A stretch of DNA of 64,000 nt from Cladosporium halotolerans (Eukaryota), in the NCBI RefSeq assembly GCF_011745625.1, contig NW_027191454.1:248001-312000 (forward strand), read 5' to 3'. Of this stretch, positions 24,673-34,886 are shown in pieces. How positions within the stretch are numbered: the first letter of the stretch is position 1; every line of letters starts with the position of its first letter. The notes beneath the pieces are model-generated. The model saw only the letters and a program-made list of their open reading frames with translations. It had not been told where the DNA came from and did no database searches. The translations under genes were made by a program, and so were the position numbers.

Positions 24673-26715
24673 ATGCCGATCCGCAGCCTCAATCCTTTCG
24701 CCTCCTCACCGACCTCTTCCCTCGATCTCCTCTCCGAAAAGGAGTCCGTCCGCACCGAAACCCGTGAGCCCAAACTCAAGTACAGACCGCGCTTCAGCTT
24801 GCCCTTCTCCGGCGCGCCCAAGCCCGTCAAGCCCACCGAAACGACTGGTTCGCGACTCGACGCGCCTCAGCCCTCGGCCTTCCGTCCGCCCTCTCCCCAG
24901 GTGCCTTCCCTAAGTCTGCCTACGATCAACCTGACTACCGCGACCGGCGAGAAGAGCAAGATGGAGGACGCCGCCAGACCCTTGACCCTCTTCTCGCCTC
25001 CCAGCCCAGCGGAGGCCAAGAAACTCGCCAAACAACATGCCGCCTTCGGACCCTTGGGATCGAAGCAGCACCTGTACTCTTCGAGATTCGTCGGCGAGGA
25101 GTTCCCAGAGCCTGTAGAAGACGAGCCGCCTTACTTCTACCTGATCACAACATACATTTCATATCTCATACTGATCATTTTTGGTCACGTACGAGATTTC
25201 TTCGGCAAGCGCTTCAGGCAAGATCGATACAAGCAGCTACGCGAACGAGACGGATACGCGCCATTGAACAGTGATTTCGACAACTTCTACATCCGTCGCT
25301 TGCAGTTGCGAATCAACGACTGCTTCAGGCGGCCGGTTACTGGCGTTCCTGGTCGCTTCATCACGCTGCTTGACAGGAAGAGCGATGACTTCAACCTGTC
25401 TTTCAAGCTCACAGGCACGACTACGGAGACTTTGAACATGAGCTCCTACAACTACCTCGGATTCGCACAATCGGAGGGAGAGTGCGCAGATGCGGCTGAG
25501 GCTACCCTCCGAAAGTACGGCATTTCATACTGCTCTCCTCGTGGAGATTCCGGCACCAGCGACCTGCATCTGGACGTGGAGAAGCAGGTTGCAGAGTTCA
25601 TTGGCAAAGAGGCTGCCACCATCTACAGCATGGGCTTCGTCACCAACGCAACTGTTTTCCCGGCTCTGGTCGGCAAGGGCTGCCTGATGATCAGCGACCA
25701 GCTTAACCACTCTTCCATCCGTTTCGGTGCTCGTGTCTCGGGCGCTGTCATTGATATGTTCAAGCACAACGACATGAGCGACCTCGAGCGTCTCTTGCGC
25801 GAGCGCATCAGCCAAGGTCAGCCCCGCACACACCGCCCCTGGAGGAAGATCTTGGTCGCCGTGGAGGGTCTGTACAGCATGGAGGGTACCCTCTGCAACC
25901 TGCCTGGTCTGATCGCCCTGAAGAAGAAGTACAAGTTCAACCTCTACGTCGATGAGGCACACAGCATTGGCGCTCTTGGACCCAAGGGACGCGGTGTTTG
26001 CGATTACTTCGGCATTGACACCAAGGATATCGACATCCTCATGGGAACTTTCACCAAGTCTTTCGGCGCCAACGGTGGCTACATTGCCAGCAGCAAGTCT
26101 GTAATTGACAAGATCCGCGTCATCAACGCCGGCACAATCTACGGCGAGTCGCCAGCTCCCGCCGTCCTCGCCCAGATTTCTTCCTCTCTGCGCATCATTG
26201 CTGGCGAGCTCGTCCCCGGCCAAGGAGAGGAGCGTCTGCAGCGCCTCGCATTCAACAGCCGCTACCTCCGCCTCGGTCTGAAGCGTCTCGGCTTCATCAT
26301 CTACGGCCACGACGACTCGCCCATCATCCCGCTCCTGCTCTACCACCCGGCCAAGATCCCCGCCTTCTCGCATGAGATGCTCAAGCGCAAGATCGCCGTC
26401 GTCGTCGTTGGCTACCCCGCCACGCCCCTCATCTCGTCTCGCGCCCGCTTCTGTGTCTCCGCCGCTCACACAAAAGACGATCTCGACCGTCTGCTCGCCG
26501 CCGTCGACCAGGCCGGCGAGGTTTTGCAGCTCAAGTTCAGCTCTGGCATCGCTGGCGGCCAGGAGCCTTTGCACGACGGTCTGACGAACGAGAAGGAGAT
26601 GGCCGTCCGCTCTTGCTTGGAGACCGGTGAGAAGCCCGCCGTCATCCCGCCCAGGTGGAAGCTCGAAGACGTCATCCGCCGCGGCGTGCAGGACGTCAAG
26701 CAGCCGCTGTACTGA
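24673..26715 (+). CDS. LCB2: Serine palmitoyltransferase catalytic subunit Lcb2
   Basis: Alpha-oxoamine synthase motifs LNMSSYNYLGFA, NHSSIRFG, VEGLYSMEG, VDEAHSIGA and PLP-lysine GTFTKSFG; N-terminal TM (YLITTYISYLILIIFGH). Confidence 0.95.
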   Translation: MPIRSLNPFASSPTSSLDLLSEKESVRTETREPKLKYRPRFSLPFSGAPKPVKPTETTGSRLDAPQPSAFRPPSPQVPSLSLPTINLTTATGEKSKMEDAARPLTLFSPPSPAEAKKLAKQHAAFGPLGSKQHLYSSRFVGEEFPEPVEDEPPYFYLITTYISYLILIIFGHVRDFFGKRFRQDRYKQLRERDGYAPLNSDFDNFYIRRLQLRINDCFRRPVTGVPGRFITLLDRKSDDFNLSFKLTGTTTETLNMSSYNYLGFAQSEGECADAAEATLRKYGISYCSPRGDSGTSDLHLDVEKQVAEFIGKEAATIYSMGFVTNATVFPALVGKGCLMISDQLNHSSIRFGARVSGAVIDMFKHNDMSDLERLLRERISQGQPRTHRPWRKILVAVEGLYSMEGTLCNLPGLIALKKKYKFNLYVDEAHSIGALGPKGRGVCDYFGIDTKDIDILMGTFTKSFGANGGYIASSKSVIDKIRVINAGTIYGESPAPAVLAQISSSLRIIAGELVPGQGEERLQRLAFNSRYLRLGLKRLGFIIYGHDDSPIIPLLLYHPAKIPAFSHEMLKRKIAVVVVGYPATPLISSRARFCVSAAHTKDDLDRLLAAVDQAGEVLQLKFSSGIAGGQEPLHDGLTNEKEMAVRSCLETGEKPAVIPPRWKLEDVIRRGVQDVKQPLY

Positions 26716-27701
26716 GAAGCTCGATATTTCAGGGATTCTGCTTGCGGCGCTTCAAGCAATTGAGGCATCGATTTTAAATTTTCCGTTATGGCGAGGCGTT
26801 CGAAACCGACGGTGACTTCTTTCTTCTCGTTTTCTGTATATCATCAATCTGGGGGGACGAACGGAAGGAAAGGGAGGAAGACGTAATGAAACACCGGACC
26901 ACGCCGCTCACACGAAAGGATCATCAGAGGTCAGAGGAGCAACACCAACGCCAAGGCTGATGATATTACCGGACGGGCGGCGCAGCGGCGATTGGCAGGA
27001 GAAGCAAGGGGTGCTTTTTCTTTCTCTTCGTTTTATTTGGTGCGAGGAGCTTCGTCCTCTGCATCTTCGCTTCTGGCCTCTTTTTTGCGCTGCGAACAGC
27101 TGCATAGCGCGAGGGGTTCAGTGGGTTTGTGAAGCCAATTGTTCCTTTATGCGCTTCTTCGATTCTTCTTCATAGATCATATTTCTAAATACCTTGGGCT
27201 GGTTGCCCGTTTGTTCACTTGTGGTTCCTGCTTTTCAATGGCCGCAGCAGCGAAGGTCCCGCGACTTCGCGTTGCTCTTCGTCTCCTTGCCCTTGCGACA
27301 AGACAACAACCACCTGCCATCCTCGCAACACTTCGAAATTCCATCACGTGAAGAGACGAAACAGCACGCTTTCAAGAACTCGGCTTAACCCCCATCCCCA
27401 GCGTCACAGCCGGCGACAGGCCCCGAGCTCCTAAGCCGAACGACGACCCTCACTCTCCGGCGGCGTCTCCCCACCACAAAGCCGAGGCAAGCACAGCGAC
27501 CCCCCACTAATCCGAGCGACCACCCAAACACCGAAACCCAAGAGCCGCGAGTTCGGGAAAGGCACACTTCTCGCTCGCACGCACATGTAATTCACTGATC
27601 GAGGCAATCGATCCGAGCTGAGCCAGAGCAGCTAAGTCCCTCGTTTCCAATCCACATCCTCTTTCCTCCAACCCCTCCAACCCCAGACCTCAAACCTCAC
27701 A

Positions 27702-29826
27702 ATGGCCGACCAACAAGCCCAACAGCAACAACCCCCCGCCAAACTCCTCTGGCACCACCCCTCCCCCCAATCAACCCACCTCCACACCTTCCTCCAGCAC
27801 CTCAACAAACGCCACTCCCTCTCCCTCGCCTCCTACGCCGACCTCCACGCCTGGTCCCTCGCCCACCTCCCCGCCTTCTGGGCCGCCGTCTGGGACGCAG
27901 TCGGCATCCGCGCCTCGGCGCCCTACACCAGCGTCGTCGCCAACGACGGCGCCGGACCCCTCTTCCCGCGCCCAGAGTGGTTCGCGGGCGCGCGCCTGAA
28001 CTTCGCGGAGAACTTGCTCTTCCCCGTCTTGCCTGGCGGGCGGGAGGTGGATGAGGATGCGGTGGCTGTGCTGGCGGCGACGGAGACGGGGCGGGAGGAA
28101 GTCAGCTGGCGGGCGCTGAGGGCGAGGGTCGGCGCGTGCTGTGCGGGGCTTAGGGCTGTGGGTGTGCGGAGGGGGGATCGGGTTGCCGGGTACGTGGGGA
28201 ATCATGCGAATGCGCTGGTCGCGATGTTGGCGAGCACGGCGCTGGGGGCGGTGTGGACGGCTGTGAGTCCGGATACGGGCGTGGGCGCTGTTGTGGAGCG
28301 GTTGGTGCAGATTGCGCCGAAGGTGGTGTTTGCGGATGAGGCGGTGGGGTATAATGGGAAGGTGCACAGGGTGGTGGAGAAGGTGGGGGAGGTGGTGGGG
28401 AGGTTGGGGGAGGGGGTGGAGGTGACGGTGGTGTTTGGGACGGATGTTGGGGGTGTGAGGGGGGGCGTGGCGTTTGACGAGTTCGTGAGGGGCCGGGAGG
28501 GCGAGGAGTTGGTGTTTGAGCAGTTGGAGGCGGACCACCCGGTTTACATTCTGTACTCGTCGGGCACGACGGGCGCGCCGAAGTGTATTGTTCACGGGGC
28601 GATCGGGACGCTGATCCAGCATAAGAAGGAGCACATCTTGCAGAGCGACATTCGGCCCGGCGACAGGCTGTTCTACTTCACGACCTGCACGTGGATGATG
28701 TGGCACTGGCTGGTCTCCGGGCTCGCGTCCGGCGCGACGCTGGTGCTCTACGACGGCTCGCCCTTCCAGTACCTGCACGACGGGCAATCCGTCAAAGACG
28801 ACCTCGCCATGCCGCGCCTGATCGACGAGCTCCAAATCACCCAGTTCGGCACCAGCGCCAAATACCTCTCGATCCTCGAGCAGAAAGCCCTCCTCCCCAC
28901 CCAACCCCCGCACAACCTCTCCCTCTCTACCCTCAAAGCAATCTACAGCACCGGCTCGCCCCTCGCCCCCTCCACCTTCTCCTACGTCTACCGCGCCTTC
29001 GGGCCCCGCATCAACCTCGCCTCCATCACCGGCGGCACCGACATCATCTCGCTCTTCGGCGCGCCCTCGCCCCTCAGCCCCGTCTACGAAGGCGAGATCC
29101 AAGCCCTCGGCCTCGGCATGGCCGTGCAAGCCTGGGACTACACGGGCGCCGACGTCTCCGGCGCCGGCGAGCCGGGCGACCTCGTCTGCGTGAAGCCCTT
29201 CCCCTGCCAGCCCGTGAGCTTCTGGGGCGCCAGCGGCGCGGAGAAGTACCGCTCGTCGTACTTCGAGCTGTTCGGGCCGGGCGTCTGGCACCATGGGGAT
29301 TTTGTGCGGTTCAACCCGGCCACGGGGGGGTTGTATATGCTTGGGCGCAGCGATGGGATCCTCAAGCCGAGTGGAGTTAGGTTCGGGTCGGCGGAGATTT
29401 ACAACGTGCTGTTGAAGTTTTTCCCGGAGAGTGTCGAGGACGCGCTGTGTATTGGGCGGCGGAGGGAGAGCGATGCGGACGAGACGGTGGTGTTGTTCTT
29501 GAAGATGAAGGAGGGGGTGAAGTTCAGTGAGGAGCTGGTGGGGGAGATCAAGGGTGTTGTCAGGAAGGAGTTGAGCGCGAGGCATGTGCCGGGGGTTGTC
29601 GACGAGTGCCCGGAGATTCCGGTGACGGTCAATGGGAAGAAGTGAGTTTGGCTCTTTTCTTTTTTGGGAGGGATTTGGGTGTTTTGAGACGATGGCTGAC
29701 TGACTTCGTTACAGGGTTGAGGGTGCTGTCAAGCAGATTCTCTGCGGCATGAACGTGAAGACTTCGGCGAGCGTGGCTAATGCTGGCTGTTTGGAATTTT
29801 ACCGTGAGTGGGCGAGCTCGCATTGA
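27702..29826 (+). CDS. Acetoacetyl-CoA synthetase (acetoacetate-CoA ligase, ANL superfamily)
   Basis: WFAGARLNFAENLL, ILYSSGTTGAPKCIVH, FTTCTWMMW, SITGGTDI, WHHGDF and GRSDGILKPSGVRFGSAEIY. Intron 29642-29714 joins NGKK|VEGAVKQIL; stop TGA at 29824-29826. Confidence 0.93.
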
Positions 29827-29990
29827 AGTGATCAGGGGAAGATACTCTCTGAGCCCGTGCGACCGACACTAGACATAGAGAAAAGCTCAAGTGGACGGAT
29901 GGCATAGACAATCGCCTAGTAAAGGCGAACCTAGAGACAATGTTCGAAAGCTAGATCAGTTGGCTTTCCATGTTCCACATGGCCGTTTTG

Positions 29991-30706
29991 CTCACTTACA
30001 GCGATGATGATCACGTGATCGATAGAAGGATCCAAGTACGTGGTTGGTGGGATCTTGACGGACGCTAGTGAGTTGCCCATTCCCGCGCCCGAGTCTTTCC
30101 AATTCGTTTTTCTTTTAGTTCTTTTCTTGAATTCTGCCGGCAGTCCGCGGCGCGCGCCTCGTTCACTTTGGCGCATCATATACTTCACTTACATCAGGCG
30201 CGGGCGCGGAGCATGGAAGGAGCTGATTGGTTGAAAAGCGATTGGCGCTAGTGGGTTGTCTGTTCCCGCGCCCGAGTCTTTGAATTTCGATTTTATTTTT
30301 TTGATTTTATTTTATCGCGAACGCGCCGCGGCGCTAGCTCGTTCACTTCGCCACAGCGCGAGCTCATAGTACTTCACTTACATCAAGCTCGGGCAGATGG
30401 TACGGACGCAACTCATTGGACAATGAGAAGTTGGCGCTAGTGGCTGTTCCTGCACTCGAGCCTTTTGATGTTGATTTCATTTTATTAATTTGAGCCAAGC
30501 ACGTCGCGGCGATAGCTTGTTGTCCACTTCGCCGAGTCGCTTGCTACTTCACTTACATCAAGCGCAAGCGTGGAAGCGGAAGAAGCTGATTGGACCATGA
30601 GGTATTGGCGCCAGTGGATTGTCCCGCACCCGAGACTTTTGGGATTCACTTCATTAACGTAATCGTCATTTTTTAAACAGCCCGCCGCGGCGCCGGCTCG
30701 TTCACG
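29991..30706. repeat. Degenerate tandem array, about 4 units of 175-190 bp with conserved blocks and variable spacers
   Basis: Exact 16-mer TACTTCACTTACATCA at 30181, 30370 and 30545 (partial CTCACTTACA at 29991). (G/A)CGC(T/C)AGTG at about 30062, 30245, 30434, 30608. TTCCCGCGCCCGAGTCTTT-like block at about 30080, 30263, 30447, 30621. A T-rich tract and CGCGGCG...GTTCAC block in each unit. Confidence 0.9.
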
Positions 30707-31242
30707 AACAGTGTGAGAGTGCGGAGGTTAGGTAATCAGCAGCCGATTAGACAGTGGTATATGTATGTGTACTCACGAATAAGATACCGATACCTGTCAC
30801 TGCAAATCGATGTTTTAAGCTGCGAAGGTGAATAGTAATATGTCGCAGTCGATCAACTGGCAGATTCACCTCTTGCAGGCGTTCCGGTCTCTGCCCAACC
30901 CTAGAATCCATGCAGCCCTACCATGTAATCAACGGCATAAGCCAGCCGTCTTACTATGCACCGTACAAGAATGGCGTTGTCTCGCAAAGTTCACATTCAT
31001 CTCTTTGTCTTCCACGGCCAGTGACTACGACTCCGCCGTTGCAACTCCCAGCCCAAACAAAGGGATTCTATTCCATCCGACACCATGACGTTGACGACGA
31101 TGAATAAATGTGAATCCATGGCATCCAGAACATTTCCGAATCCTTCCCTTCCCCCATCGATCCTCGTTTGCAACCCCCACTCAATTGCAACTCCAAGCAA
31201 GAAGAGCAACCAAATCCACAAACTCGGTCGATCACACCCACC

Positions 31243-32109
31243 ATGTCCACACCTCACTTACCCCCCACCCCCAACAGCATGCCCGCCCCACCCTCCAACA
31301 ACAACAATCGAGCGGAGCCCCCTCGCGTCCGCCGGCCCCGCACCTACACCAAGCCCTGCACCTGGCCTGGCTGCGATCGCATGTTCAGCAGCAGAATGGA
31401 GGTCGAGCAGCACGTGCGCGAGAGGCACACGGGCGAGAAGCCGTTCGTGTGCGATGTCTGCGGCAAATGCTACTCCAGGAAAGCGACGCTCGTCAGGCAT
31501 AAGAATACGGTGCATGCGGCTGGGAGGGGTCAGAGCGAGGCGGGTTCTTCGGAGGCGGGAGATGTCGGCGGCGCTGCTGCTGGGACAGGAGGGTCGGCGG
31601 TTGGTGGTGCTGGGAGATCTGAAGGTGGGGAGAGCGCTGCGATTACTGATAACTCCTCACAGCGGTCGTATAGCCAGTACCCGACTTACCAGGGCGGCGC
31701 TGGCGTGTTCTGCGCTGATTGCGGCGACACGTTCGCCGGTGTTGAGGAGCTGCTCAAGCACATGCACGCCGTGCACCAGGTGCCCAGCAGCCCGTTCTGC
31801 GGCTGCGACGCTTGCCTGACGATGTACATCGTGGACGAGCTTGCGGCCGTCAACCACGCGAACCAGCTGGCGGAAGGGGGCTTCGGCGTCGTCGATGACC
31901 AGGGGCCCGAGCACAGGATGTCCAGCACGGACTCAGCTGCGGTTGGTGGTGCGCAGAGCGGCGATAATCCGGCTGCTACCGCCGTGTCAGGCTCGCAGAT
32001 GGACGTTGACTGGTCGGCCTTCATTGATCCGACGCTGATGTCGTCGCCGGGTCCGGGCGTGGCTGACGGCAACGAGCCTGTTGGTGGGTATGCGTGGCAT
32101 TTTCGCTAG
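31243..32109 (+). CDS. C2H2 zinc-finger transcription factor (two linked fingers plus a third isolated finger)
   Basis: CTWPGC...HVRERH-TGEKPF-VCDVC...HKNTVH with the canonical TGEKP linker; third finger CADC...HMHAVH followed by CGCDAC. First ATG in frame at 31243; intronless. Confidence 0.85.
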   Translation: MSTPHLPPTPNSMPAPPSNNNNRAEPPRVRRPRTYTKPCTWPGCDRMFSSRMEVEQHVRERHTGEKPFVCDVCGKCYSRKATLVRHKNTVHAAGRGQSEAGSSEAGDVGGAAAGTGGSAVGGAGRSEGGESAAITDNSSQRSYSQYPTYQGGAGVFCADCGDTFAGVEELLKHMHAVHQVPSSPFCGCDACLTMYIVDELAAVNHANQLAEGGFGVVDDQGPEHRMSSTDSAAVGGAQSGDNPAATAVSGSQMDVDWSAFIDPTLMSSPGPGVADGNEPVGGYAWHFR

Positions 32110-34886
32110 TGTCTTTTTGTTGTAGAGTGGAGCTTTGTTGCGGTTTGCATGTCGGAGGGAGAGAAAGAAGGCAAGGCGACGCGTGCGGAGGCTGTCTGTC
32201 GCTACGGCATGCCGTGGTGGGATGACAGTGGTGTCATGATCATGGAAGCATTCCGAAGCATTTTCTTCAGAGCAGTTGAGCATCATGGGAAGCGTAGCGG
32301 ATGTGCTGCGAGTCAATGGAACCTGACAGAACAAGGACCTACTGTAGAACGAATCTGATTTCTTTTTCTTTGCGCATAGTCGAGTTTGTTATCACCGAAA
32401 GTACGAGAACGTGATCGTAGAGGGTCGTGATGTGTTCGCCTTGGCGTTACTACCACCATAAACCGCTTCTCCAGATTCTGTGGCAGATAGTGCTACCCCT
32501 AGCAACAGGTGTTTCTGGAGCCTTCTAGGTCGAAGTGGCGAGCTGAGTCCGCTCACCGCCCAAGAGACAGCGAGAAAAGATATTTCCAAGTGTCCTTGTG
32601 TGACGCACTTCCTAACTTTTGTGCAGGATCGTGTCTCCTGTCTCTCCCAAGGTCTTCAGGATCCTCCAGGGCGCCACGAGCTCCTCAGTAAACGAGCGAT
32701 AACCAATGTGTCGTCTCAAACCACCGCCTTCCAGGAGGGCGGAGCTGGCAGGCTGGATTGCACAACTTCACATGCAGCCAGGGCCCATGATGACTCGCGT
32801 ACTATCGCGTGGAACCAGCCGCCCGTGTCTCTCTGTCCTCCATCGGCTCATCGACCAGCAATGGGCAGAGGTCCCACGCACCTCCGGCTCAACCAAACTC
32901 ACAGCCTCATCCCACACGTCCCAGCGACGAAACCCCTCTTCACACACAGCCAATGCTCCGCGGAATTGCCACACGTTGTGAAGCTTCACGTACGCAAGCT
33001 TCGCATCATGTGAGCCAAGAGACGTGCCTGTATGTCAGGGCGAGGTGAGGTACAGGGACAGCATGTACAGTACGTCGTGGTTGATCAATCAGTCATGATG
33101 ACCACAGAAGTTTCGCGACCCTTCGGACGCGGTCGACTCCTGGGTAGCGTTTACTGGATATGGGAAAGACCTTCGCTTAGGCCACATCAGCTCGAATGTC
33201 GATCCGGCGCCACTTTCTCGATCTTTCTCCTCGGCGACGGCCGCGACTCCGAGACCGTCCAAGGGTACGGGCCACTCGGACCAAGCGAGCCAGTGAGGGT
33301 TGCAGGAATGCGACGCTCCAATCAGGGGTGTAAGCGCTTAAGCGGTGGAGCGAAGGCCGAGAAAATGTCGAGAAAAGACGTGACTAGGCGGGTGGGGAAG
33401 TCCGGCAGGTTGAAAGGCAATTGCTCTGCGTCGAGGGCCTTGCAAGCGTGCATATCTCTTCAAGCAAACTTTCTGCGGCGGGTAGCCGGCTCATGTGGGC
33501 TGGCCTTCCGGACCGTGAACGCGTGCTTGGAGCGGGCTTCATACCGCTATCATCCCATGGGTGTTCGGTGCTGCGACATGCAGTACAGTAGTACCTGCCT
33601 TTTTAAATAGACTTTGGTTACATTCGGAGAAGACATCGCTGCACAGCCATGCCAATGGCCAGCACAGGCTAAACATCATTCGTGATTTGCTCGTGGTTGG
33701 CTGCTTAGGCTCGCAGCAGCCTTCACTCTGATTTGCCCGGACCGTGATTCGTCTGCGTGCCGGGACCAACCAGGCGCTGGCAAAGATCTGTGGCAGGCCG
33801 AGCCTTTGGTGAAGTAGGTCGAGAATCATATGTGACACTTTCGCCTAAGAAATCGCTACCAGCGAAAGTTAATGAAGTAGCCCAGAGCCGTTAGAGGCGC
33901 TGGGACCGAAACTGCGACAAAGCAAGGTTGCGACACCGAATTGCTTGTCCCTCTCGCGGTGTCGGAGGCTCGTCCGCAATCCCCGCGTGACGTCCATGAT
34001 GCACGTTCGCCTGGAGTCTGCTCCGTTCCCGTGACTGATGGTCAGGAACGCTGCGTCAACGCAATAGTATGCCCTTGACGGGCATCCGCGACATACCTAC
34101 AGGTTCCCCGCGACCCCAATGGCGCCAGACCGGTCGAGCGCGCCCGCGAGCGCAGGAACGCACTCCGGCTCAGGCGATGCGAGCGGTTCGCCAAGAACAA
34201 CCTGACAGAGGCGGCGTGAGCCGATCCTTGCAGTACCCGCAGCGGCTGGCCAGACACCGGCAGCGATGTGCGCCTGACGTAGGAGGAACCGGGGATTCTG
34301 GCTAGGGCTGCTCGCTGCAAAATGCCAGGGTGGCGAAATGGAGATCGATTGAATGTTCACGAACGCCTGCGAAGCTATTGCTGCACTCTCTGCATGCAGA
34401 CCCCCAAAAGCAACTTACCTCCATTTACATCGAACCTACCTGTTGACTTACCGAATATTTGGTGTCTCGAGCGTAATTTCATCACGGACACCGCAATCTT
34501 CGCGCGCCAGCCGATCGACCGACGCAGCAGCCGCACCAGATCGCTGATTGAACTTGCACGCTTTGCGCCCGCGTCGAAACCGCGGGGGTGACTTTCGCCA
34601 CCTCGAACAGCAGCCCAGCAGCAACCTCACGCCTGCGCAATCGCGTCGGCAACATCGTGTCTCGCCTCCAGGCTCCGCTCCAGACTTTCGAACACACTCT
34701 CAACACCGTACGTTATCAGTCTGGCGTCTGAAAAGCGCATTCCACTCATCCAGAAGTGACGACATCGGCGCACAACGCGCTCCGGAGCAGCGACCGACAA
34801 CCTTCACCAGCCTCGCAACCGCACCTCCAGTGCCTTGCATGCTGAGTTGACAAGCTGTCAGCCATCATCAGAATCACCGGCCGACA

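Noticed and set aside
29991..30706. CRISPR array or tandem tRNA/Pol III genes (TGGCGCTAGTGG resembles an A box, GTTCACTTC a B box)
   Set aside because: The context is eukaryotic with no cas genes, and the spacers are mutually homologous. The A and B boxes each mismatch the consensus, poly-T terminators lie between them, and there is no cloverleaf.
32110..34830. ORFs of 100-190 aa between the ZnF and bZIP genes, and at 36600-37900
   Set aside because: Random-looking composition, mostly non-ATG starts, and no domains or transposon motifs.
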